This document shows positions 20,651-28,856 of a DNA stretch of 52,580 nucleotides, one piece after another. The notes under the pieces were generated by a model, which did not search any database, was not told where the DNA came from, and was given only the letters and a program-made list of their open reading frames with translations. Every line of letters starts with the position of its first letter. Position 1 is the first letter of the stretch. The translations under genes were made by a program, and so were the position numbers. Source of the stretch: an uncultured Actinomycetota bacterium (GTDB taxonomy: Bacteria; Actinomycetota; Nitriliruptoria; Nitriliruptorales; Nitriliruptoraceae). The stretch is from positions 1-52,580 of the forward strand of contig CAYTLZ010000002.1 in the NCBI GenBank assembly GCA_964438785.1. Reading direction: 5' to 3'.

Positions 20651-20786
20651 CACCTCGTCGACGTGTCCGTCGGCACCTGTCGGGCACCGTTGCAGGGCGC
20701 ACGGTAGAGGGTCGCGTTCGACGGCACGCCGTCGGGACGGCACCTTCGTCCACCCGACGCGATCCGATCCTCACCGAAGGCATGCG

Positions 20787-21122
20787 ATGGACAGCGACTT
20801 CAGCGCCGATCGCCTGGTCGAGGCCCCCGAGTTGCGTGAGGTCGCGACGATCTGGTGGGACGTCGAGCGCGACCCGGTCGTGACCTTCGACCCGGCGGGG
20901 CGGCGGTTCGAGCTGCGGGATCCGCACGCACCGGACGACCACCGGCTGGTCCTGGCCCGATTCCCGGACGGCGTCGCCGAGCCCGCCCGGATCGCGCAGG
21001 TCCTGGCCGACGGGCTCGCGGCCTGCGACTTCCCACCGACCGAGTCGGGAGCCAGTCCCGTGCAGGTCGACCGGGCGCTGCGGGCGGCCGGCTTTCCGCA
21101 ACTGCGCTGCGCGGCCGACTGA
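20787..21122 (+). CDS. Hypothetical protein (111 aa)
   Basis: GC3 is high throughout. I recognise no domain. Confidence 0.55.
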   Translation: MDSDFSADRLVEAPELREVATIWWDVERDPVVTFDPAGRRFELRDPHAPDDHRLVLARFPDGVAEPARIAQVLADGLAACDFPPTESGASPVQVDRALRAAGFPQLRCAAD

Positions 21123-21138
21123 GCCCGCCCCGGATTGA

Positions 21139-21152
21139 ACCGACCGAGCGGT
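21139..21152. promoter_or_regulatory. PaaR-type operator core ACCGACCGAGCGGT (within the palindrome CCGACCG-AG-CGGTCGG)
   Basis: It fits ACCGNNCGNNCGGT and lies 23-36 nt upstream of the TetR ATG. It matches the site upstream of paaA at 14 of 16 positions. Confidence 0.5.
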
Positions 21153-21174
21153 CGGGTGTGTCAGACTGGGGCCC

Positions 21175-21765
21175 ATGAGCGCATCGCCACGCGAGTCCTA
21201 TTCGGTCACCAGCCTGCTCGACGTCGCCGTCGAGGTGTTCAACGAGCGCGGCTACGACGGCACCTCGATGGGGGACCTGGCGGCGGCGCTGGGCATCTCC
21301 AAGTCGAGCATCTACCACCACGTCGCCGGGAAGAGCGCCCTGCTCGACCTCGCGCTCGATCGTGCGTTGACGGCGCTGTTCGCCGTGCTCGACGAGCCCG
21401 CCTCGCTGCGCGGTCCCGCCCGGCAACGGCTCGAGCACGTCCTGCGACGCAGTGTCGAGGTGCTGGATGCGGAGCTGCCGTTCGTCACCCTGCTGCTACG
21501 GGTCCGTGGCAACTCCGAGGTGGAACTCGCGGCGCTCGACCGTCGGCGCGAGTTCGACCGGCGGGTCGCCGCGTTGGTCGACGAGGCGGTCGCCGAGGGG
21601 TCGCTGCGGCGCGATCTCGACCCGGCGCTGGTCACCAAGCTGGTGTTCGGCACGGTGAACTCGCTCGTCGAGTGGTACCGCCCCGATCGGGGCAGTTCGG
21701 TCGACGAGGTGGCGGACACGCTCGTCACCGTGGTGCTGCGCGGCCTGGAGCAGGGGCCCGCCTGA
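21175..21765 (+). CDS. TetR-family transcriptional regulator, candidate PaaR
   Basis: The N-terminal HTH reads LLDVAVEVFNERGYDGTSMGDLAAALGISKSSIYHHV. The PaaR assignment is inferred from the shared operator and proximity to the paa genes. Confidence 0.85.
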   Translation: MSASPRESYSVTSLLDVAVEVFNERGYDGTSMGDLAAALGISKSSIYHHVAGKSALLDLALDRALTALFAVLDEPASLRGPARQRLEHVLRRSVEVLDAELPFVTLLLRVRGNSEVELAALDRRREFDRRVAALVDEAVAEGSLRRDLDPALVTKLVFGTVNSLVEWYRPDRGSSVDEVADTLVTVVLRGLEQGPA

Positions 21766-21919
21766 CCCGTTCCGGGGGCGTCCGGCACCGGAGCGCCACG
21801 GGCCTCGACCCCGTGCGTTCGTGGGTGGTCGTGTCACCGACCCGACCTATCGTGGTCCGGACGACACGGTGGGACGCCACGGGGATGGAGCGACCGACGG
21901 TCTCGGACCCAGGGGTGGC

Positions 21920-23470
21920 ATGAGTGAGCAACCAGCAGAGGAACGCCTCGATCTCATCGAGCGTGGGGGCCGCTCGGTCGAGGAGGTGGTCGAGCACGCA
22001 CGCATGCTGCGTCGTCTGGCGGGTCGGATCGCCCGGATCGGGGGCTGGTCGGTCGAGATTCCGTCCAACGAGGTGCGGTGGACGGCCGAGACGTTCGCCA
22101 TCCTCGAGTGGGAGGCGGATCTGGAGCCGGGACTCGATCACGCGGTGACCACCGTCTACCGCGACCCCGAACGCATCGCGGCGGCCATCGAGGCCTGCGC
22201 GACGGACGGGACACCCTTCGACCTCGAGGTCGAGGCCACGACGTTCAGCGGTCGGCCGATCTGGGTGCGGGTCGTGGGCGAGCCGCAGTACGGCCCGGAC
22301 GGCGCGGTCGTACGTGTCGTCGGGGCGTTCCAGGACGTCACCGACGCCAAACGGGCCGTGCAGCAGAACGCGGAACTCGGCGAACGGCTGCGCATCACCC
22401 TCGATTCGATCTCGGATCCGTTCTTCACGCTCGACGAGCAGTGGCGGTTCACCTTCGTCAACGGTCCGGCCGAGCGGCTCGTCGACTGTGACCGCGCGGA
22501 GCTGATCGGCCGGACGATCTTCGAGGCCTTCCCCGGCGTCAACGGCACCGCGTTCGAGGACGCCTACCGCCGCGCGGTGCGTGAGCAGGTGACGGTGACC
22601 GTCGAGGGTGAGTACTACGAACCCTTGGACATGCCGCTGGATCTCACGATCTACCCGTCCCCGTCCGGGCTCGCCGCCTACTTCACCAACGCCCGCGACC
22701 GGCTGACTCGCGAACGCCGCTGGCAGCGCCTGGCCGAGAGCGAACAGGCCGCCGCCGAGCAGCTGCGCGAACTCGATCGCATCAAGAACGCGTTCCTGTC
22801 CGCGGTGTCGCACGAACTGCGCACGCCCCTGACCGTGGTGCAGGGGATGGCCGCGACCCTGCAGCGCCTCCGCGACGAGCTCGGGCCCGGGCAGCGCCAC
22901 GACCTCGAGGACGCCCTGGTCGTCCACGCCGATCGCCTCGCGCAACTGTTGGAGGACCTGCTCGACATCGATCGACTGACCAACGGCGCGGTGGTCATCG
23001 AGCCGACCACGGTCGACGTGGTGGCGATCGTGCACCGACTCGTGGCGCAACGCGGCGACGAACAGTCCGTGGTCCTCGACCTGCCCGATCAGCTGCTGGC
23101 ACTGGTCGACGCGACCCAGTTCGAGCGGATCGTGGTCAACCTGCTCACCAATGCGGCGAAGTACGCCCCCGCTGGCGAGGTACGCCTCGCACTCGAACGG
23201 CTCGGCGCACGCGGCGTCGCCATCGACGTCCGCGACCGGGGCCCCGGCATCCCCGCCGCGGAGCGCGAGCGGGTGTTCGAACCGTTCTACCGTGGCCCGG
23301 ACGACCTACCGCAACCGGGGACCGGCGTGGGTCTGGCCATGGTCGCGGCGTTCGCCGAACTGCACGGTGGGCGGGCCGTGGTGCTGGACGCCACCGACGG
23401 TGCCCACCTGCGGGTGGAGCTCCCCGGCACCCGCGACGCTCAGCGGGCGACGACCGTCAGCACGTCGTAG
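21920..23470 (+). CDS. Cytoplasmic PAS-PAS sensor histidine kinase with no adjacent response regulator
   Basis: HisKA motif FLSAVSHELRTPLT, HATPase N and G boxes (NLLTNAAKYAP, DRGPGIP, GTGVGLA) and two PAS-like segments. There is no TM helix. I chose the ATG at 21920. Confidence 0.85.
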   Translation: MSEQPAEERLDLIERGGRSVEEVVEHARMLRRLAGRIARIGGWSVEIPSNEVRWTAETFAILEWEADLEPGLDHAVTTVYRDPERIAAAIEACATDGTPFDLEVEATTFSGRPIWVRVVGEPQYGPDGAVVRVVGAFQDVTDAKRAVQQNAELGERLRITLDSISDPFFTLDEQWRFTFVNGPAERLVDCDRAELIGRTIFEAFPGVNGTAFEDAYRRAVREQVTVTVEGEYYEPLDMPLDLTIYPSPSGLAAYFTNARDRLTRERRWQRLAESEQAAAEQLRELDRIKNAFLSAVSHELRTPLTVVQGMAATLQRLRDELGPGQRHDLEDALVVHADRLAQLLEDLLDIDRLTNGAVVIEPTTVDVVAIVHRLVAQRGDEQSVVLDLPDQLLALVDATQFERIVVNLLTNAAKYAPAGEVRLALERLGARGVAIDVRDRGPGIPAAERERVFEPFYRGPDDLPQPGTGVGLAMVAAFAELHGGRAVVLDATDGAHLRVELPGTRDAQRATTVSTS

Positions 23471-25461
23471 GCGGCGACGACCTCGTCGCGCTGGTTGACC
23501 ACCTCGACGTCCCAGGTGACCGTGCCCTGATCCGGGTCCCGGGCGCTGTCCTTGGCCTTGCAGGTGAAGCGCACGTGGATCGTGTCGCCGGGGTAGACCG
23601 GCGAGGCGAACGCGAGGTTCTCCAGCCCGACGTTGGCGAGCACCGGCCCCGGATCGGGCCAGACGAACAGCCCGGCGGCGGCGGAGACCAGCAGGTAGCC
23701 GTGCGCGACGCGGCCCTCGAAGATCGGGCTCGCCTTGGCCGCCTGTTCGTCCATGTGGGCGTAGAACACGTCGCCGGTCAGCGCGGCGAACGCCTCGATG
23801 TCCTCGAGCGTGATGGTGCGCTCGTCGGTGATCAGCGCGTCACCGATCGCCAGCTCGCCGAAGCGCTTGCTGAACGGGTGCGGTCCGGAGGTGTCCCGGG
23901 CCGCACCGGTGACGTAGCGGCCGGTCAGCGCCGTGAGCTGCTCGGGCGAGCCCTGGATCGAGGTCGTCTGCAGCAGGTGGTGGACCGCTCGCAGCCCGCC
24001 GAGTTCCTCACCGCCGCCGGCCCGGCCGGGACCACCGTGGATCAGGTGCGGCAGCGGCGAACCGTGGCCGGTCTGGCTCGCGGACGCGCGCTTGTCGACG
24101 AACAGCAGCCGGCCGTGGTGGGCGGCGATGCCGGTGAACAGCCGGGTCGCCTCGTCGCCGGTCGACGGGCCGAACACCGACGCCACCAGGCTGCCCCCAC
24201 CGCGCTTGATCAGCGCCACGGCGTCGTCGACGTCGTCGTAGGGGATGAGCGTCACCACGGGCCCGAACGGCTCGAGTTCGTGCACCGCATCGAGCCACGG
24301 GTCGTCGGCCACCAGCACCGTCGGGGCCATGAACGCGCCGTCGTCGACGTCGCCGACCAGGGACGGCTCGTCGGTCCCGATGACGCGGCGCGCCCCGGCC
24401 AGCAGCTTCTCGACCGTGCGCTGCACGTCGGCGCGGGCCGCGGCGCTGACGAGCGAGCCCATCGTGACGGAGCTGTCCCGCGGATCGCCGAGCACCACCG
24501 CATCGAGGTGGCCGCGGAGCCGCTCGGTCACCGCGTCCATCGCCCCGGCCGGCACGAGCGCGCGGCGGATCGCGGTACAGCGTTGGCCCGCCTTGGTCGT
24601 CAGCTCGGTCGCCACCTCGGTGACGAAGCGGTCGAGGTGGCCGTCGTCCGCGGCGCCGCTCGGCAGCAGCACGCTCGAGTTGAGCGAGTCGGTCTCCGCG
24701 CTGAAGTGGGCGGAGCGGGCGGTGAACGCGGCGTGGGTCCGCAGGTGCGCGGCGGTCGCGGCCGAGCCGGTGAAGGCCACCAGGTCCTGACCGTCGAGGT
24801 GGTCGAACAGGTCGTGGACCGGGCCGGAGACCAGCTGCACGGCCCCCTCCGGCAGCACCTCCGCATCGATGATGGCCCGGAACAGCGCCTCGGTGACGTA
24901 GGCCGTGGGCGTCGCGGGCTTCACGATCGACGGCAGGCCGGCCAGCAGTGCCGGCGCGAGCTTCTCGAGCGCGCCCCAGCAGGGGAAGTTGAACGCGTTG
25001 ATCTGGACCGCGACACCCTCACGCGGGGTGCCGACGTGGACGCCGGCGAAGTTCCCGTCACGACTCAGGGGCTGCACGTCGCCGCGGACCAGCACATGAC
25101 CGTCGGGCAGGAACCGGCGGCCCTGCGACGAATACGTCGCCACCGCGCCCATGCCACCGTCGACGTCGACCCAGGCGTCCTTCGCGGTCGCGCCCGACAG
25201 GGCGGACAACTCGTAGAGCTCGTCCTTGACGGACCCGATGACGCCGACGAGGTCCTTGAGCAACCAGGCGCGCTGCTGGAAGGTCAGCGCCCGCAGCGCC
25301 GGGCCGCCGACCTCCCGGGCATGGCGGACGGCCGCGCCGACATCGACCCCGTCGGTCGAGACCCGGCACAGCTGCTCACCCGTGACGGGACTGGTCACCA
25401 CCTGCCCGTCGTCGGGCGTGATCCAGGTTCCGGCGACGTAGCTGCCGAGCGTGCGGGTCAT
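23440..25461 (-). CDS. paaZ: Bifunctional PaaZ (oxepin-CoA hydrolase / 3-oxo-5,6-dehydrosuberyl-CoA semialdehyde dehydrogenase)
   Basis: The N-terminal ALDH domain contains GQRCTAIRR and the C-terminus is a MaoC-like hot-dog domain. The protein is 673 aa from the ATG at 25461. The 3' end overlaps the kinase gene by 31 bp (convergent). Confidence 0.9.
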   Translation of the reverse strand: MTRTLGSYVAGTWITPDDGQVVTSPVTGEQLCRVSTDGVDVGAAVRHAREVGGPALRALTFQQRAWLLKDLVGVIGSVKDELYELSALSGATAKDAWVDVDGGMGAVATYSSQGRRFLPDGHVLVRGDVQPLSRDGNFAGVHVGTPREGVAVQINAFNFPCWGALEKLAPALLAGLPSIVKPATPTAYVTEALFRAIIDAEVLPEGAVQLVSGPVHDLFDHLDGQDLVAFTGSAATAAHLRTHAAFTARSAHFSAETDSLNSSVLLPSGAADDGHLDRFVTEVATELTTKAGQRCTAIRRALVPAGAMDAVTERLRGHLDAVVLGDPRDSSVTMGSLVSAAARADVQRTVEKLLAGARRVIGTDEPSLVGDVDDGAFMAPTVLVADDPWLDAVHELEPFGPVVTLIPYDDVDDAVALIKRGGGSLVASVFGPSTGDEATRLFTGIAAHHGRLLFVDKRASASQTGHGSPLPHLIHGGPGRAGGGEELGGLRAVHHLLQTTSIQGSPEQLTALTGRYVTGAARDTSGPHPFSKRFGELAIGDALITDERTITLEDIEAFAALTGDVFYAHMDEQAAKASPIFEGRVAHGYLLVSAAAGLFVWPDPGPVLANVGLENLAFASPVYPGDTIHVRFTCKAKDSARDPDQGTVTWDVEVVNQRDEVVAAYDVLTVVAR

Positions 25462-25492
25462 GTCGGACTCCGGGGTGCTGGGTAGGTGAGCT

Positions 25493-26041
25493 TCACAGCG
25501 ACTTGAAGGCCTCGAACGGCTGGTTGCAGCTCGCGCAGTGGCGCAGGTCCCGGCAGGGGGTCGGGCCGAACGCCGAGTCCTGCGTGGTGTCGTTCGAGCC
25601 GCAGTAGGGACAGATCCGCGGCGTGTCGTCACCCTGGCCGCCCGGGGTAATGGCGAGTGGCAGGGACGTGCGGCCCGCCGGGGTGACGGCCCCCTGGACC
25701 GGGCCGCCCGGCGGGGTGATCCCGAACTCGCGCAGTCGCTCGCGGCCGAGCTCATCGATGCGGTCGGGGGTCCACGGTGGGTCGAAGCGGAAGCGCACGG
25801 TGACGTCGGTGACGCCCTCCACGGCCTGCACGGCCTCGACGACGTCGCGTTCGATCATCTCCGTGGCCGGACAGCCCGAGAAGGTCGGGAGCAGTTCGAT
25901 GCCGACCCGGGTCCCGGTGATGGTGATGTCGTGGACCATGCCGAGCATCCCGATGGTGACCGGCGGCAGCTCCGGATCGGGCACCCCGCGGACGGCCGCG
26001 CGGACGGCCTGCGGGTCGAGCGTGGTCGTCAGCGTGGTCAT
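25493..26041 (-). CDS. paaD: Phenylacetate-CoA oxygenase subunit PaaD (PaaJ)
   Basis: It has a DUF59/PaaD-type N-terminal domain (VPDPELPPVTIGMLGMV) and a C-terminal Cys4 ribbon (CPYCGS...CASC). The ATG at 26059 is an alternative start. Confidence 0.85.
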   Translation of the reverse strand: MTTLTTTLDPQAVRAAVRGVPDPELPPVTIGMLGMVHDITITGTRVGIELLPTFSGCPATEMIERDVVEAVQAVEGVTDVTVRFRFDPPWTPDRIDELGRERLREFGITPPGGPVQGAVTPAGRTSLPLAITPGGQGDDTPRICPYCGSNDTTQDSAFGPTPCRDLRHCASCNQPFEAFKSL

Positions 26042-26045
26042 CGGA

Positions 26046-26873
26046 TCACCAGTTCGCATCGGGGTGTGCGCGGTACAGCGCGGTCATCTCCGGCCAGACG
26101 TCGACGACGAAGTCGTCGCTGTGCCGACCGTGGCGGCCACCCGACGAGGCCGGCGGGACCGGGGCGTCGAGCGCCGGGAGCAGCTCGCCGTAGCCGGCGT
26201 CGCGCAGCGGCGCGTCCAGGAGCTCGAACACCTGCGCGCGCAGCGCGACGTGGCCGATGGGCAGCAGGCCGGTCGCGATCGCCTCGTCCTCGGCGTCGAC
26301 CGGCTCGAAGTAGCCGAGCGCGTCCGGCAGGACCTCGGTCAGCGCCGTGCCGAACCGGGCGTGGGCCTCGTCCCCGCCGTTGGCGAGCTTGTCGAACCAG
26401 TGCCGCGCGTGCTGGTCGTGATAGCGCAGCTCGTGCTGCAGCTTGGTCGCGACGCCGGCGATGTCGCCGTCCGAGGAGCCCGTCAACGCCCCGAGTCGTG
26501 CCACCTCGACACGCGTGGCGACCCAGTGGCGGGCCAGGGTCGCGGCGAAGTCGCCGGGCGGGCGTTCGCACACGATGGCGTGTCGATAGGCGTCGGGTCG
26601 GCGGCCGAGGCCCAGCGCGTCGACCGCCTTGCGGGTCGCCGCGTCGTTGCCGTGCGAGCCGATGAGCACCTGGAACCACAGATCGGCGTGGTTGATGTTG
26701 TCCTGCGCGATCGTGGAGAACGCCAGGTCCTCCTCGAGCGAGGGGGCGACCCCGGTCCAGTGCGAGGCGCGGTGGCCGGTGATCAGGGCGTCGTCACCGA
26801 TGGCGAGCAGCACCTGGGCACGCGGGGTGGTCAGGTCGGCGACCAGTTCGGGGGTCGGGTCGGCGACGGTCAT
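26046..26873 (-). CDS. paaC: Phenylacetate-CoA oxygenase subunit PaaC (PaaI)
   Basis: The stretch LLAIGDDALITGHRASHWTGVAPSLEEDLAFSTIAQD is typical of PaaC. It is coupled to paaB by an ATGA overlap. Confidence 0.85.
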   Translation of the reverse strand: MTVADPTPELVADLTTPRAQVLLAIGDDALITGHRASHWTGVAPSLEEDLAFSTIAQDNINHADLWFQVLIGSHGNDAATRKAVDALGLGRRPDAYRHAIVCERPPGDFAATLARHWVATRVEVARLGALTGSSDGDIAGVATKLQHELRYHDQHARHWFDKLANGGDEAHARFGTALTEVLPDALGYFEPVDAEDEAIATGLLPIGHVALRAQVFELLDAPLRDAGYGELLPALDAPVPPASSGGRHGRHSDDFVVDVWPEMTALYRAHPDANW

Positions 26874-27211
26874 GACGCACCGCCGCGCCGACCCGGGACC
26901 TCGCGCTCACGGATCGAGGTGGCACCTCGGGCGTCGGCGGCCTCGCGGGCGCGCTCGCGCTTCTCGCGGAACCCGGAGTAGCCCGCCTGCAGCCGGTAGC
27001 TGATGTCGGTCTCGCGGGTCAGCAGGGTGGGGTCCTCCAGGCGGTGGAACTGATCGCTGCGCACGACCCCGTAGTCGACGCCCTCGTTGTGGCGGAAGTG
27101 CGTCTCCCGGGCCAACAGCAGCGCGGTCTGTTCGTCCGCGGCGTGCAGGACGCCGACGTGTTCGAGCGGTCCGTCCCACTTGCGACGACCGAAGATCTCC
27201 CAGGTGGCCAT
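26870..27211 (-). CDS. paaB: Phenylacetate-CoA oxygenase subunit PaaB, with an extended basic C-terminal tail
   Basis: The sequence WEIFGRRKWDGPLEHVGVLHAADEQTALLLARETHFR matches the PaaB family. At 113 aa it is roughly 15-20 aa longer than I expect. Confidence 0.85.
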   Translation of the reverse strand: MATWEIFGRRKWDGPLEHVGVLHAADEQTALLLARETHFRHNEGVDYGVVRSDQFHRLEDPTLLTRETDISYRLQAGYSGFREKRERAREAADARGATSIREREVPGRRGGAS

Positions 27212-27271
27212 CAGCCCTCTCCTCCGACAGGTCGTGCGGGTCTGTCACGTGGTCGTGCGGGTGCGTCCCGA

Positions 27272-28249
27272 TCAGGCCGCGGTGGCGACCTCGTCACCGA
27301 GCACGATGTCGTGGATCCAGCGGTGGTTGCGGTGCAGCAGCTGGCGCCAGTACAGACGGGTCGCCGTCGCCTCGCTGGCTTCGCCCTTGACGACCTGCTT
27401 GAGCTTGTCCCAGTCCGGCTCGGTGTAGTGCCACACCTCGTCGTCGGGGTCGTAGCGCAGGGCGGGGTCGGGCGTCTCGATGCCGAGGTCCCACAGCTTG
27501 GGGACGTAGGTCGACATCCACTCCTGGCGCGACTGCTCGTTGGTGCGCGTCTTGATGCCCCAACGGATCGACGGGTCGTCCTCGGCCGCGATGTCGTTGC
27601 CGAAGAAGTGCATGATCGGCTCCCACCAGCGGTTCACGGCCTCCTGCAGCATCGCGGCCTGCTCGTCGGTGCCGGACGCCAGCGCCAGCAGGATGTCCTC
27701 GCCGTGGCGGTAGTGCAGCGACTCCTCGGCGACGACCCGCTTCATCACCCGCACGTAGGGGGCGTAGGAGGTCTCCAGCAGCGCCCGCTGAGTGACGATC
27801 GCGGCCCCGTCGACCAGGAAGCCGATGCACGCGACGTCGCCCCAGGTGTAGGTGGGGTAGTGGAAGACGTTGTGGAACTTGCCCTTGCCCGCGATCAGGT
27901 CCTCGTACATGTCCTTGCGCGGACGACCCAGCGACTCCGCGACGCGGTAGATGAGGTGGGCGTGGCCGACCTCGTCCTGGACCTTGGCCGCCAGCGAGCG
28001 CTTCCGCTTGAGCGTCGGCGCGCGGGCGATCCATTCGCGTTCGGGCAGGGCACCCATGATCTCCGAGTTGGCGTGCATCTCGATGAACTTGATGTTCAGG
28101 GTGCGGTAGGAGTCCGGCATCCAGTCGCCGGCCTCGACCTTCGCACCCTCGCCCAGCGCCTCGAGGAACGCGGCCTCACGGACCGGGTCGTCACCGGCGG
28201 CGTCCAGTCGAGGGCCGGTCGGAGCGGTCGGGGTCGTGGCGGCGGTCAT
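27272..28249 (-). CDS. paaA: Phenylacetate-CoA oxygenase catalytic subunit PaaA
   Basis: Di-iron carboxylate motifs (EMHANSE, QDEVGHAHL, EESLHYRHG) and an AGGGAG RBS. The ORF upstream of the ATG at 28249 is not coding. Confidence 0.9.
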   Translation of the reverse strand: MTAATTPTAPTGPRLDAAGDDPVREAAFLEALGEGAKVEAGDWMPDSYRTLNIKFIEMHANSEIMGALPEREWIARAPTLKRKRSLAAKVQDEVGHAHLIYRVAESLGRPRKDMYEDLIAGKGKFHNVFHYPTYTWGDVACIGFLVDGAAIVTQRALLETSYAPYVRVMKRVVAEESLHYRHGEDILLALASGTDEQAAMLQEAVNRWWEPIMHFFGNDIAAEDDPSIRWGIKTRTNEQSRQEWMSTYVPKLWDLGIETPDPALRYDPDDEVWHYTEPDWDKLKQVVKGEASEATATRLYWRQLLHRNHRWIHDIVLGDEVATAA

Positions 28250-28367
28250 GGTGGCTCCCTGACGTCGTGGGCCGCGCACATCTGGTGCGTGGCGGCGGTA
28301 CGGCGAGTGCTCGGGCGGCTGCGGTGTCCGGAGCCGGTGGTGGCGACCGGAGCTGACGAATGAAGCG

Positions 28368-28391
28368 GCTACCGAACGATCGGTCGGTAGC
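28368..28391. promoter_or_regulatory. PaaR-type operator GCTACCGAACGATCGGTCGGTAGC
   Basis: The outer arms GCTACCGA/TCGGTAGC form a perfect 8-bp inverted repeat. The core ACCGAACGATCGGT fits ACCGNNCGNNCGGT. It lies about 120-140 nt upstream of the paaA ATG. Confidence 0.55.
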
Positions 28392-28856
28392 GTACGCGAC
28401 GACGCCGACACGGTCAAGGGTGGAGCCGGTCGAGGCAGCCGGGCGTGCGGTTCGACCGTCCCGACGACGTCGCGGCCGCCCTGCGCAATCGTGACCACGG
28501 CCCGCGGGTCCCGGCACCCGTCGACGCTGACCGTCGGTGTGGGTTGCGTGCCGCAATCGGTCGGTGACGGACGGCCATGGGGTGTCGTGGCGTGCGCGCG
28601 ACGTCGTCCGACCGGCGCACGATTCGTCCACCGCGGGCCGATCCGGCTGTTCGGCCACCTGCCCGCCGCCGAACAGGCGCTGGCGACCCGCCTGCGCGAC
28701 TTCCGCCGGGTCGGCCCCCGAGCCGGGAGCTGCGGCCAGTGTCCGAATGGGCGGCCGAGTCGCCATCGGAGCGGGTGACGCGGGCACAGTTCGCAACCGC
28801 GCGGCCCGTCGAGGCCCGCTCCCTGCCGGCTGTCGCTGTCGACGGTCTGACCTCGA

